Shown: positions 1-9,644, counted from the first letter of the stretch. The stretch is 64,000 nt of DNA from Anaerolineales bacterium (GCA_016789305.1 JAEURJ010000023.1:732084-796083), one strand, 5' to 3'. The notes: generated by a model from the sequence alone, not told the origin. Made by a program: numbers and translations.

Positions 1-155
1 CCAGCGCTGAAGAAGCCCAAAAGGCGATCAGCATGTTCCATGGTCAGGATTTCATGGGGCGCTCAATCACAGTTAATGTAGCACGCCCGCGTGAGGATCG
101 TCCTCGCACGTCGGGTGATCGTCGCGGCGGCGGCGGTGGACAACGAAATTTTTAA
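1..155 (+). CDS. RNA-binding protein (RRM), C-terminal part only
   Basis: Manual translation from position 3: SAEEAQKAISMFHGQDFMGRSITVNVARPREDRPRTSGDRRGGGGGQRNF*. This is a typical bacterial RRM C-terminus with a Gly/Arg tail, truncated by the window edge. Confidence 0.85.
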   Translation, partial: SAEEAQKAISMFHGQDFMGRSITVNVARPREDRPRTSGDRRGGGGGQRNF

Positions 156-191
156 AAAAATATTCCAGCCCTGAACCAGGATTTTAAAAGG

Positions 192-215
192 ACAGCCCTG
201 CATTTGCAGGGCTGT
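192..215 (+). terminator. hairpin after RRM gene, probable terminator
   Basis: Perfect 10-bp stem ACAGCCCTGC-ATTT-GCAGGGCTGT; the U-tail is weak. Confidence 0.55.
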
Positions 216-227
216 TATCATTAACAG

Positions 228-851
228 ATGAAAAAAATACTGTTACTTGGCCCGATTCTTTTTACCGTGGTGGTGACCGCTCTGACCATTTTGCAATACG
301 ACTTTTTGCGCGGACTCGGCTGGCACCCGATCCATGATCCCACCTTCGATTGGCCCAGTGGACTCGCGCTCGGTCCATATGGAATCATCATGACGTTGAC
401 CTTCATCATCAGCGGATGTTTGATCGCGCTTCTCGCTTTGCGCCTATACCTTAATCTTTCGACAAGCTCAAGCCAACGCCTTCAGCCTGCTACGGTTTCG
501 AAGGCAGGATCCATCCTTTTGGCTTTTGCCGGCATCGCAATGGCTTGTTTATCCTTCACCACCGACCCAACCATCCGCGATACCCCCGCCACCTGGCATG
601 GACAATTGCATGATCTTTCGTTTGTCTTGCTTGGATTAAGTCTCATGCCGTCGATGTTGATGCTAGGCAAGGCGTTTCGTAACGACCCGCGCTGGAATCA
701 CTTAAGTTTATATACCTGGCTTACAGCTGCTTTGGCGTTGCCCACATTTTTCCTCAAAGGCGCCGCATTTTATGTGTTTCTCTTTGCGATACTGGTTTGG
801 GTCGAAGTGGTTGCGATACGTTTGCACGCAATATGTAATGAAAAGAAATGA
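228..851 (+). CDS. DUF998-family membrane protein
   Basis: 207 aa, multiple hydrophobic helices, WHGQLHD motif typical of DUF998. Confidence 0.7.
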   Translation: MKKILLLGPILFTVVVTALTILQYDFLRGLGWHPIHDPTFDWPSGLALGPYGIIMTLTFIISGCLIALLALRLYLNLSTSSSQRLQPATVSKAGSILLAFAGIAMACLSFTTDPTIRDTPATWHGQLHDLSFVLLGLSLMPSMLMLGKAFRNDPRWNHLSLYTWLTAALALPTFFLKGAAFYVFLFAILVWVEVVAIRLHAICNEKK

Positions 852-1360
852 AATCTCTCACCACGATTTATCGCAACGATGGGATTCCTGTAGACGGGAG
901 GACAATCTCTCGAACGGCGGTAAGAGCCGTTGCGCTGCGCGGTGCAGCCTTGTTGATGATTCATTCCACTGTGGGGGGCGATTATAAATTCCCAGGCGGC
1001 GGCGTGAAAGAAGGGGAAACTCTTAATGAAGCGTTGGTACGGGAAGTGCTTGAGGAATGTGGAACGAGGGTTTCAGCAATAAACGATGAGATCGGTTGTA
1101 TTGTCGAGTACGCCCACCCGATCGAAAAAGACTTCGACATTTTTAAAATGACATCCCATTATTATTTCTGTGATGTGGAAAATCGTTTCGGTTCCCAATC
1201 CCTGGATGGATATGAAGAAGAGTTGGGCTTTCGGCCCGTTTGGATTCATCTTGAAGATGCGATTAAGACAAATAAATCTCTCCCACTATTTGCCCGGAAA
1301 CCTGACTGGCTGGCGAGAGAGACTTTTATGCTTGAATATCTTCAACGAACTTTATTTTAG
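848..1360 (+). CDS. NUDIX hydrolase
   Basis: Nudix box GGGVKEGETLNEALVREVLEECG; ATGA overlap with the upstream gene. Confidence 0.9.
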   Translation: MKSLTTIYRNDGIPVDGRTISRTAVRAVALRGAALLMIHSTVGGDYKFPGGGVKEGETLNEALVREVLEECGTRVSAINDEIGCIVEYAHPIEKDFDIFKMTSHYYFCDVENRFGSQSLDGYEEELGFRPVWIHLEDAIKTNKSLPLFARKPDWLARETFMLEYLQRTLF

Positions 1361-2014
1361 AACATCCACCAATTTCGGAGTGGACTCAATGATCGTGTCC
1401 GCGCCCAGCCTGCGCAGCTCGGGTTCTTCTCCAAAACCACACAGCACGCCAACCGTCTGCGTGCCTGCAGATTTACCCGCGCGGATGTCCACCGTGGTAT
1501 CGCCGATCATCAGGCAGTTTTCAGGGGCCACGTTCATTTTCTTTGCCGCCAATAAAACCGGGTCCGGGTAAGGTTTTGTGTGTTCTGCCGAAAGCCCTGT
1601 GATGATCACATCGAAATATTTCACGAGATCAAATTGTTCGAGAAAACGCATGGTGCCGCGTTCATCCCGTGCGCTGACCACCGCCATCGGATATTTCCCA
1701 TGCAGTTGTTTGAGTAACTCGTCCACGCCGGGTACCAGCAGGAATTTTTTGTCGGATTGTTTTCGGTGAAGGGAAAGCCAGTTGATCACAGCGATCATCT
1801 CATCGTCCAGCCCGATGCGGTCTGCGAAACCAAGCAGGGCATTGCCGGGAGCCTCCATCCACATCACGAAGCGGCGGGCAACATGTTCCGGGTCTTTGAA
1901 CAAAAATTGCGGGAGAAAATGAAGGACTTTTTCCGTGTACAGATCATCCGTATCGCTGAGGGTGCCATCCACGTCGAAACAAAGGGCTTTGATGCGGGAA
2001 ATTTCAATGGGCAT
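1352..2014 (-). CDS. HAD-family hydrolase (phosphoglycolate phosphatase-like)
   Basis: Motifs FDVDGTL, KPYPDP and MIGDTTVD. Start placed at MPIEIS (2014), 6 nt below a TACAAT box. Confidence 0.9.
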   Translation of the reverse strand: MPIEISRIKALCFDVDGTLSDTDDLYTEKVLHFLPQFLFKDPEHVARRFVMWMEAPGNALLGFADRIGLDDEMIAVINWLSLHRKQSDKKFLLVPGVDELLKQLHGKYPMAVVSARDERGTMRFLEQFDLVKYFDVIITGLSAEHTKPYPDPVLLAAKKMNVAPENCLMIGDTTVDIRAGKSAGTQTVGVLCGFGEEPELRRLGADTIIESTPKLVDVLK

Positions 2015-2103
2015 GACGCAATTGTACCAAAGGGAACGTGCCATTTTTCCAATGTAATTCCAATGCTCGAATCAGGGCGTAAAGTTGTATAATTCAATTT
2101 GCC

Positions 2104-4239
2104 ATGACCCAAGAGGACAAAAGCCGGGCCCTGCTTGAATTATTGATCAATGTCAGCCGCGAAATCGCCACTGCGCTGGATTTGCGCACCGTTTTGCAGA
2201 GACTTCTTTACGCGGCATTGCAACATGTCGGCGGTGAGCGCGGCAGTATTGTGGTGATGGATGATATGGGGAAACCGGTCGATGCGACCATTGTCTATGG
2301 CAAGCAGCTTCACGAACATACAACACAACAATTGAAGGATACGGTCGAACGCGGTTTGGCAGGTTGGGTGGTGCAAAATCGTAAGGGGGTTTTGTTGCGC
2401 GACACCAGCAAGGATGAACGCTGGCTTCGCCGTGCGGACGATGCCACTGAAAATACCGGCGCCAAATCAGCGCTTTGTGTTCCACTTATGTCACGCGAGC
2501 GATTGGTGGGCGTGCTTACGCTTGTTCATTCCGTCCCCAATGTGTTTGATGAAACCCACCTTGAATTAATGCAGGCTATTGCCGATCAGGCAAGTGTGGC
2601 CGTGTTGAATGCACGTTTGTATACGGAAAGTCAGCGCACAGCGCGGGTGATGTCTGCCCTGGCTGAAGGTGCGGAGGCGATGAATTCGACCCTGGAATTG
2701 CAGGATGTTTGGCGGAGGATTCTCAACCAGACCATGCAGGCGTTACAGGTCGAGACCGTTGCGCTCGGATTGATCGATCAAGCGACCTCTGACCTGGTTT
2801 TCCACGCTGCGGCGGGTCACAATTCTGGAAATATTCCCGGAAGGCGCATTACAACCGGAATGGGGCTTGCGGGTACAGTCATCACAGAGGGGCATGGGTT
2901 GGTGGTTCCAAACGTCAGCGCTGATCCAAACTATAGTGAAACGGACAAGTTCGGCGGAATCGAGATGCGGGCTGTGGTCATTGTGCCGATCCAATCGCAG
3001 GGAAAAACCATTGGCGTGCTGGAGGCGATCAATCCGGTTTCCGGTGCCTTCGACCCGGATGCCATGTTGGTCATGGCAGGTCTGGGAAGCCTTGCCGGTT
3101 CCGCGATCCAGAATGCGCAATTCCTCGAAAAATTGCAGAATGCACACGCACGCTATCGTGAATTATTCGAGGATAGCGTGGACCCCATCGTGATCACGGA
3201 TTGGGAAGGCCATGTTTTGGAGGCGAATCGTCAGGCGGTGATCTTAAGCGGATACACGGCCGAACAACTTCATACGATGAGCATCGACCAATTGCACAAG
3301 GTCAATTGGAACAAGACCGGCGAGAATTTCGAGATCTTGAAACAAAATACACCCTGCATGTACGAATCCAGTTTGCATTTACAAAATGGCGGCACCGTTC
3401 CGGTGGAGGTGCATGCGCGGCGTGTTGAGTTCAATGAAGTCGTATCGGCGCAATGGATCATGCGCGATATCACCCAAAGCAAGGAGTTGAATGCCCTGCG
3501 CGATGATATGACCGCCATGATCTATCATGACCTGCGTTCGCCGCTTGGAAATATTGTGTCCAGCCTGGATATGATGAGCACCTTGCTGCCGGAAAAAGAC
3601 GATACGCTTCGTGCCATGCTGACAATTGCCAGCAATTCAACAGGCCGTATTCAGCGATTGATCAATTCACTGCTCGATATCAGCCGCCTGGAAGCCGGGC
3701 ATCAGATCGTCGATCAGCAGGCGGTGGACCCGATCATGTTGATGGATGAAGCGATTCGCGATGTGCTGCCAAATGCCACCGCCCGTACGCAAACGCTCGA
3801 TAAGAAGATCGTTTCCATTCTTCCCCTCATTTGGGTGGACGTGGATATGATCCATCGTGTGCTGATCAATTTAATGGAAAATGCCATCAAGTACACTCCG
3901 GTGGAGGGGCGCATTGAGATCGGTGCTTCCACAAATGGACAGGCTGTAAAATTCTGGGTGCGCGATAATGGTCCTGGCATTGCCGAAGCGGATCGTGAAC
4001 GAATCTTTGAGAAATTCATTCGCCTGCGCGGCAATAGTCGGTCCGCTGGGTTGGGCGTGGGTCTCGCTTTTTGTAAGCTGGCTGTGCAAGGGCACGGCGG
4101 TCAGATCTGGATCGATAGCGAGCCCGGTAAGGGAACTACTTTCTGGCTCACGGTTCCAGTGGCCCAGAAGAAGGCGACCGGCCAGTTGAAGAGACAGACA
4201 GGCCGTCTCACCATGAGACCTTCCGCAGAAAATAATTGA
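2104..4239 (+). CDS. GAF-GAF-PAS sensor histidine kinase
   Basis: Two GAF domains, a PAS domain, H-box HDLRSPL, N-box NLMENAIKY, G boxes DNGPGI and GLGVGL. Confidence 0.92.
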   Translation: MTQEDKSRALLELLINVSREIATALDLRTVLQRLLYAALQHVGGERGSIVVMDDMGKPVDATIVYGKQLHEHTTQQLKDTVERGLAGWVVQNRKGVLLRDTSKDERWLRRADDATENTGAKSALCVPLMSRERLVGVLTLVHSVPNVFDETHLELMQAIADQASVAVLNARLYTESQRTARVMSALAEGAEAMNSTLELQDVWRRILNQTMQALQVETVALGLIDQATSDLVFHAAAGHNSGNIPGRRITTGMGLAGTVITEGHGLVVPNVSADPNYSETDKFGGIEMRAVVIVPIQSQGKTIGVLEAINPVSGAFDPDAMLVMAGLGSLAGSAIQNAQFLEKLQNAHARYRELFEDSVDPIVITDWEGHVLEANRQAVILSGYTAEQLHTMSIDQLHKVNWNKTGENFEILKQNTPCMYESSLHLQNGGTVPVEVHARRVEFNEVVSAQWIMRDITQSKELNALRDDMTAMIYHDLRSPLGNIVSSLDMMSTLLPEKDDTLRAMLTIASNSTGRIQRLINSLLDISRLEAGHQIVDQQAVDPIMLMDEAIRDVLPNATARTQTLDKKIVSILPLIWVDVDMIHRVLINLMENAIKYTPVEGRIEIGASTNGQAVKFWVRDNGPGIAEADRERIFEKFIRLRGNSRSAGLGVGLAFCKLAVQGHGGQIWIDSEPGKGTTFWLTVPVAQKKATGQLKRQTGRLTMRPSAENN

Positions 4240-4304
4240 CGAGTTTGCATCAAAGCTCGTATCTGGTTTTAGATATTCAATAAAGCATCAGGTTCAGGAG
4301 AAGC

Positions 4305-5162
4305 ATGCAGGAAATAACAAGTAATATTCATATTGAAGATCAGTTCCCTGGCGTCACCCTTGGAGTCATTGTGACTCCAAGAGGTTTGATTCAAATTGAC
4401 GCCCCATCCTCACCGGAGGATGCACGTTCATGGCGGGCCGCCCTGATGAATCTTGGCGGTGGCATGGAGCGGGTGCTGATCAACCTGGATGCCCATCCCG
4501 ACCGCACACTCGGTGCGCGCGCCATGGACTGTATTGTGATCGCGCATGAAAAAACATCGCTTACCTTTCGCACCCGTCCCAGCACATTCAAGGCGCAAGG
4601 CGAGGAAACCGGAGCAGATTGGGAATCCATTGCCGGCCTGGGCAGTGTGCGTTGGGCGCCGCCGGAGATTTCATTCCTTGACCAGATGACCCTGCATTGG
4701 GCGGATCATCCGGTTGTATTGGAGCATCATCCCGGCCCGGCCAACGGTGCCATTTGGGTGAAATTGCCGGAGGAAAAAATCATCTTTATCGGCGATGCAG
4801 TTTTAAAAAATCAGCCGCCTTTTCTTGCCGGTGCCAATCTAAAGCCGTGGCTCTCTTCGCTGGAAACCTTGTTGGATACTCCTTATAAAGGGTATACCTT
4901 CATCAGCAGCCGTGGTGGTGTTGTGACTACCAGCAACATCAAGGGTCAGTATGATTTTCTGAAACATGTTCACGATAAATTGGAAAAGATCACTACCAAA
5001 AAACCGAATCCTGCCGCAGTTGAGAAACTGGTCACATCACTCCTGACCTGGTTCAAGGCTCCTTCTGCACGTCAAAAGCAGTATGCGCAGCGATTGCGCT
5101 ATGGCCTGCTTCACTACAATTCCCGTCAACCGCATACTCCCAGTTACCAAAACGAGGAATAA
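4305..5162 (+). CDS. metallo-beta-lactamase-fold protein with degenerate metal motif
   Basis: LIQIDAP, LINLDAHPDR (HxHxDH degenerate), HHPGPANG, FIGDAV. Confidence 0.75.
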   Translation: MQEITSNIHIEDQFPGVTLGVIVTPRGLIQIDAPSSPEDARSWRAALMNLGGGMERVLINLDAHPDRTLGARAMDCIVIAHEKTSLTFRTRPSTFKAQGEETGADWESIAGLGSVRWAPPEISFLDQMTLHWADHPVVLEHHPGPANGAIWVKLPEEKIIFIGDAVLKNQPPFLAGANLKPWLSSLETLLDTPYKGYTFISSRGGVVTTSNIKGQYDFLKHVHDKLEKITTKKPNPAAVEKLVTSLLTWFKAPSARQKQYAQRLRYGLLHYNSRQPHTPSYQNEE

Positions 5163-6226
5163 TGACCGAGTCGCTTCCCATTCTCGAACGGATTCGGGGT
5201 GAGGTGGTTGAATCGGTGCATCAGGGCTCCATTGCCGTGGTGGACTCGAACGGAAAACTGATCGCAAGTTATGGCGACCCTCACATGGTCGCCTTTTTGC
5301 GCTCATCGGGCAAGCCATTTCAAGCTTTGCCTTTTGTAGAGCACGGCGGTGTCGAGCATTATGGATACACTTCGCGCGAATTGTCCCTGTCTTGTGCATC
5401 GCATGATGGCGCGCGCATCCATTTGGATGCGGTGAAGACCTTGCAAAAAAAAGTTGGCATCCTTGAAGAGAATCTGCAATGCGGCGGACATCTTCCCAGC
5501 GACCCTGAGATGCTGCGTGAATACATTGTGCAGGGGATTCATCCAACACATAATGTGAATAACTGTTCCGGCAAACATACCACCATGCTGGCCCACGCAA
5601 AAATGCGCGGCTTTCCACTTGAAACATATCTTCAGCTTAATCATCCCATTCAACAGGAGATCCTTTCCACGCTGGCCGAAATGTGTGGGATCGAGCAGCA
5701 AAAAATAGACCTTGGTGTGGATGGTTGTTCTGCGCCCAATTTTGCGATGCCTCTTTACAATGCGGCCTTGGGTTTCGCACGGTTGTGTGATCCGCATGGG
5801 TTGTCTGAAGCACGTGCCGCGGCTTGCAATAAGATCACTTCTGCGATGACGTCACATCCAGAGATGATCAGCAACCGCGGTGAATTCGATTGTGAATTGA
5901 TGACAGCTTGTGAAGGCAGGGTGGTCACCAAGCGCGGTGCGGAAGGGTTTCAAATTGTTGGCCTGATGCCCGGAGTGCTTGGCAAAGATTCACCCGGCGT
6001 TGGAATTGCGTTCAAGGTGGTCGATGGTGATTCTTCCTCGATGAACGACTCACTTGAGTCCACCACACGCGTGCGCCCGGCTGTCACATTGGAAATCTTG
6101 AAGCAGCTTAACGTGCTGAATGAAAGACAACTTGCTTCACTCTCCAAATTCGGACCCGAAAAGCCCATTAAGAATTATGCAGGCTTGTTAACCGGGAAAT
6201 CACACCCCACATTTCAACTTTTATGA
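5162..6226 (+). CDS. L-asparaginase II (class 3, Rhizobium etli AnsA-type)
   Basis: Motifs RSSGKPFQA, CASH, NCSGKH, DGCSAP, KRGAEG. Confidence 0.88.
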   Translation: MTESLPILERIRGEVVESVHQGSIAVVDSNGKLIASYGDPHMVAFLRSSGKPFQALPFVEHGGVEHYGYTSRELSLSCASHDGARIHLDAVKTLQKKVGILEENLQCGGHLPSDPEMLREYIVQGIHPTHNVNNCSGKHTTMLAHAKMRGFPLETYLQLNHPIQQEILSTLAEMCGIEQQKIDLGVDGCSAPNFAMPLYNAALGFARLCDPHGLSEARAAACNKITSAMTSHPEMISNRGEFDCELMTACEGRVVTKRGAEGFQIVGLMPGVLGKDSPGVGIAFKVVDGDSSSMNDSLESTTRVRPAVTLEILKQLNVLNERQLASLSKFGPEKPIKNYAGLLTGKSHPTFQLL

Positions 6227-6888
6227 ATGAAATACAAAAACGTGCAATAAAAATTCACGAAGCGCTTCTAAAGGTTTTCGGCGAGCCCATCTGGCGCAAT
6301 CCGTTGCCTGCCATCGATGAGCTTGTTTCGACCATTCTCTCGCAAAACACAAATGACATTAATCGTGACCGGGCTTTCGAGGCCTTGCGCGCAAAATTCC
6401 CAACCTGGGAACAGGTGCGCGACGCCAAGGAAAGTGATGTGATCGATGCCATTCGCCCTGCAGGATTGGCGAATCAAAAAGGTCCGCGGATGCAGCAGGT
6501 TTTGAAAGATATTACAAAAGAGCGCGGCTCGCTCGACCTGTATTTCTTAAAAGATCTACCGCTTGAAGAAGCGCGAAGCTGGCTCACCAAATTCAACGGC
6601 GTTGGTCCGAAGACCGCGGCCATTGTGCTATGTTTTTCGTTGAACCGACCTGCTTTCCCAGTTGATACGCATGTGTATCGTGTGACGGGACGGATCGGAT
6701 TGCGTCCTGAGAAAATATCGGTCGAGCAGGCGCATCCATATCTTGAGTCTGTGTTTCCGCCTGAAACCTATTACGCCGCACATTTGAATATTATCCGCCT
6801 CGGGCGTGAGATCTGCAATGCAAGAAAACCGTTGTGCATGAATTGCCCGGTTGTTGGTTTGTGTGATTTTAAAGACAAGAATTTATAA
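6223..6888 (+). CDS. nth: endonuclease III
   Basis: ILSQNT, helix-hairpin-helix GVGPKTA, PVDTHVYR and a C-terminal 4Fe-4S motif C-x6-C-x2-C-x5-C. Confidence 0.9.
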   Translation: MNEIQKRAIKIHEALLKVFGEPIWRNPLPAIDELVSTILSQNTNDINRDRAFEALRAKFPTWEQVRDAKESDVIDAIRPAGLANQKGPRMQQVLKDITKERGSLDLYFLKDLPLEEARSWLTKFNGVGPKTAAIVLCFSLNRPAFPVDTHVYRVTGRIGLRPEKISVEQAHPYLESVFPPETYYAAHLNIIRLGREICNARKPLCMNCPVVGLCDFKDKNL

Positions 6889-6892
6889 ATAA

Positions 6893-7363
6893 ATGGAAAA
6901 ACCACCTGTCAGTATTGCTCTGGAAAAATTAAATATTCCGCACACGGTTTTTCATCACGAGAAGCCTGTACATTCCTTTGAACAGGCCGCGAAAGATCGC
7001 GGGCAGCGACCGGGACAGGTCATTCGCAGTATTTTGTTTCGTGTTGGCGAGGATGATTATCTGATGGCGCTTGCTGCAGGTCCCGCACAGATCTCATGGA
7101 AGATTTTGCGGAAGTACCTGGGTCAATCACGGTTGACGATGGCAACAGAGGAGGAAGTTCTGGCAGTGACTGGATATCAAATCGGGACGGTGGGGCCGTT
7201 CGGATTGCTGAGGCAGGTCCGGGTGTTGGTGGAGGCGGGCGTGATGATTGAGGAGGAAATTTCCATCGGGTCGGGAATGCGCGACAGGGCGATCATCCTG
7301 AAAAGTGCGGACCTCATCCGCGCGCTTGGAGATGCGGAAGTGGTGCAGTTGATCGGGGAATAA
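6893..7363 (+). CDS. YbaK/EbsC aminoacyl-tRNA deacylase family protein
   Basis: [24 protein letters not shown] motifs. Confidence 0.85.
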   Translation: MEKPPVSIALEKLNIPHTVFHHEKPVHSFEQAAKDRGQRPGQVIRSILFRVGEDDYLMALAAGPAQISWKILRKYLGQSRLTMATEEEVLAVTGYQIGTVGPFGLLRQVRVLVEAGVMIEEEISIGSGMRDRAIILKSADLIRALGDAEVVQLIGE

Positions 7364-7433
7364 TCCAAAAGTACCAACTTTGACACCAAACCCAATAAAA
7401 TGGGTTATAAAGGAATATCTTTACGAGGTGACC

Positions 7434-8405
7434 ATGAATTCACGAGACCTGCTGCGCATTACAAGCCGAACATTTGCGATTGGAATTGAACGCCTGCCCG
7501 GTGTTCTTTGCGAAGCCACCACGGTGGCTTATTTGCTTTTGCGGGTTTCTGATTACCTCGAAGACAACGAGGAGATGCAGGCGGATGAAAAGATCGCTTT
7601 GCTGAATCAATGGGTGAATGTGCTGCGCGAGGAATGCACGGTGGATGAGATCGTGGCACGCGTGGCGAATGCCGATGTGAGCAACCCGGATGCGATCGTG
7701 ACCCAACATGCGAAGGAAATTTTGCTGCATTTAAATTCGCTGCCTTATGAGGTGCGGGAGATCATCGTCCGCCATGTGATCAACAGCACTCAGGGCATGG
7801 CACGCTGGACAAAGATCGGCCCGAATGTGAACGATGAAGCAGAGCTGGATGATTACATGTTCGAAGTGGCCGGGCGTGTGGGATATTTGATGACTCAGTT
7901 GTTTGCATGGTATTCGCTTTTTATTCGCCGCAAGGAGACCGAGATCATGCCTCTGGCACGTGAGTTTGGACTTGGCCTGCAAACCGTCAATGTGATTCGC
8001 GGAATGCGCGGCGACTTTGACCGCGGCTGGGTATACATCCCGAAGAAATTTATTTCCGCGATGGGCCTTTCTTCTGAACAGCTTTTTGACCCGGAGCATC
8101 GTCAGGAGGCGTTGAAGGTTTTGGATATGATGACGGACAAGGCCGAGCGGCATTTGTTGGAAGCGTTGAAATATGTAAAGTCTCTGCCGCGCTGGCAGCA
8201 CGGAATTCGACTCGGGTGTATTTATCCGCTGATGTTTGCGATCCGCACGCTGGCGGTCAGCCGCCGAAATGCGCAGGTCTTCGAGAGTGAAGCAAAGATC
8301 ACGCGCGATGAAGTGAAGAAGATCGTGTTTGACTCGACGATGTGGGGCTGGTCCAACACGTGGCTGGACCGGTATTATGAAGAGTTGAGTGTGGTGAAGA
8401 AGTAA
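7434..8405 (+). CDS. squalene/phytoene synthase family (squalene-synthase-like)
   Basis: TSRTF, LLRVSDYLED, YMFEVAGRVG, GLGLQTVNVIR. Start placed at MNSRD, after GAGG. Confidence 0.85.
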   Translation: MNSRDLLRITSRTFAIGIERLPGVLCEATTVAYLLLRVSDYLEDNEEMQADEKIALLNQWVNVLREECTVDEIVARVANADVSNPDAIVTQHAKEILLHLNSLPYEVREIIVRHVINSTQGMARWTKIGPNVNDEAELDDYMFEVAGRVGYLMTQLFAWYSLFIRRKETEIMPLAREFGLGLQTVNVIRGMRGDFDRGWVYIPKKFISAMGLSSEQLFDPEHRQEALKVLDMMTDKAERHLLEALKYVKSLPRWQHGIRLGCIYPLMFAIRTLAVSRRNAQVFESEAKITRDEVKKIVFDSTMWGWSNTWLDRYYEELSVVKK

Positions 8406-8414
8406 GTGCTTTTA

Positions 8415-8453
8415 GCCACAGAGAGAGAGCAGGGCTTCCTCTGCTCTCTCTCT
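8415..8453. repeat. GCCACAGAG-type repeat with hairpin; probable bidirectional terminator
   Basis: 13-bp stem 8420-8432/8441-8453 between convergent genes; begins GCCACAGAG like the 58135 element. Confidence 0.6.
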
Positions 8454-8744
8454 TTATTCTTCTTTATTTTCTATTTCCTTTCGAATGCCGTACGGGTCTT
8501 TACTTACTAATTTGAGATAACGGACATGCAACGGCATAAGCCACTTATATGAACCATCAGGCTTGCCGCATTCAACCTCAAAGTTTTTATCATTGTATTT
8601 GTCAAGCACCGTCCCTACATCGCCAATATCGACGATACCCTTTTGCCCTTTTGGGACTTTAATGATCTCAACCCAATCAAACTCTTCAATTTTTTCACGG
8701 TGATTTATGAGACTTTTCCAGAATCGCAGAATACTGTTTTTCAT
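8454..8744 (-). CDS. DUF4926-like small protein
   Basis: FDWVEII...GDVGTVLDKY...FEVECGKPDG pattern; AT-rich. Confidence 0.6.
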   Translation of the reverse strand: MKNSILRFWKSLINHREKIEEFDWVEIIKVPKGQKGIVDIGDVGTVLDKYNDKNFEVECGKPDGSYKWLMPLHVRYLKLVSKDPYGIRKEIENKEE

Positions 8745-8754
8745 TGTATTAAAA

Positions 8755-9576
8755 TTATTTTCTAAAAACTAACATCTCATCCCGCAACTCAGCTGCGGCT
8801 TTGGCGGGATTGGCCGCGCGTGAGATTCCACGTGAGACAGGGATTAACATTCCCTTCCCATCTTTTCGCAAGCCAGCTTTCATTGCGGATTCCAATTCAC
8901 CGCCTTGTGCGCCGACACCTGGGGTGAGGAACCATAGATTCGGCGCGGTCGCGCGGATTCGTTTCGTCGCTTCGATATGAGTTGCACCGACAACGAGTCC
9001 GATGTTGTTTTTGGTGTTCCAGGATTGGGCAAGCTGTGCGACGTGTTCATATAAAGGTAAGGGTGGATGGCCATCCGCCCCTACGACAGATATATCCTGC
9101 AAATCGCCGCTGCCCGGGTTGCTTGTCTTGCAAAGCAGAAAGACTCCCTTCTCTGAATTTTGAATAAATGGATCGATGGAATCTTTTCCGAGGTATGGAC
9201 TCAGCGTGATGCAATGTGCGCCCAGTGAGTCAAATGCGGATTTTGCGTACGCTTCGGCGGTGGATGAAATATCTCCGCGTTTCGCATCGAGCACGACGGG
9301 GATCAACGAGCCAAGCCTTTTTGACTCTGCGTCAATGGCTTCGATGACCTGCTTGAGCGCGGTCCAGCCTTCAGGGCCGAAGACTTCGAAGAACGCGGCG
9401 TTGGGTTTGAATGCCGCAGCATAAGGAGCTGTTTGCTTGACGAGAGTCAGGCAGAAGTCCAGTGCAGATGCGGCAGTGGGTTCCTTTAGGTCAGAGATGT
9501 GCGGGTCGAGTCCAACGCATAAAAGCGAGGAACAATCGTCGACGCGTTTTTCAAGAAAAGAGAAAAAAGATTCCAT
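8755..9576 (-). CDS. pyrF: orotidine 5'-phosphate decarboxylase
   Basis: LCVGLDP, FKPNAAFFE, DAKRGDI, TSNPGS, LVVGAT, PGVGAQGG, VSRGI. Confidence 0.95.
   Translation of the reverse strand: MESFFSFLEKRVDDCSSLLCVGLDPHISDLKEPTAASALDFCLTLVKQTAPYAAAFKPNAAFFEVFGPEGWTALKQVIEAIDAESKRLGSLIPVVLDAKRGDISSTAEAYAKSAFDSLGAHCITLSPYLGKDSIDPFIQNSEKGVFLLCKTSNPGSGDLQDISVVGADGHPPLPLYEHVAQLAQSWNTKNNIGLVVGATHIEATKRIRATAPNLWFLTPGVGAQGGELESAMKAGLRKDGKGMLIPVSRGISRAANPAKAAAELRDEMLVFRK
9057..9084. repeat. GTAG-type REP palindrome inside pyrF
   Basis: Minus strand GTAGGGGCGGATGG|CCATCCACCCTTAC; same length and similar arms as the palindrome at 59992-60019. Confidence 0.7.
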
Positions 9577-9584
9577 AGGTCTCC

Positions 9585-9640
9585 GTTGGAAAGTTGGCAG
9601 GTTCGAACGTTACAACGTTTAAACCTGCCAACCTGTAAAC
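9585..9640. repeat. inverted 8-mer tandem-repeat element between pyrB and pyrF
   Basis: Seven contiguous 8-mers GTTGGAAA/GTTGGCAG/GTTCGAAC/GTTACAAC/GTTTAAAC/CTGCCAAC/CTGTAAAC; perfect 11-bp inverted repeat 9593-9603/9622-9632. Confidence 0.8.
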
Positions 9641-9644
9641 ATTC

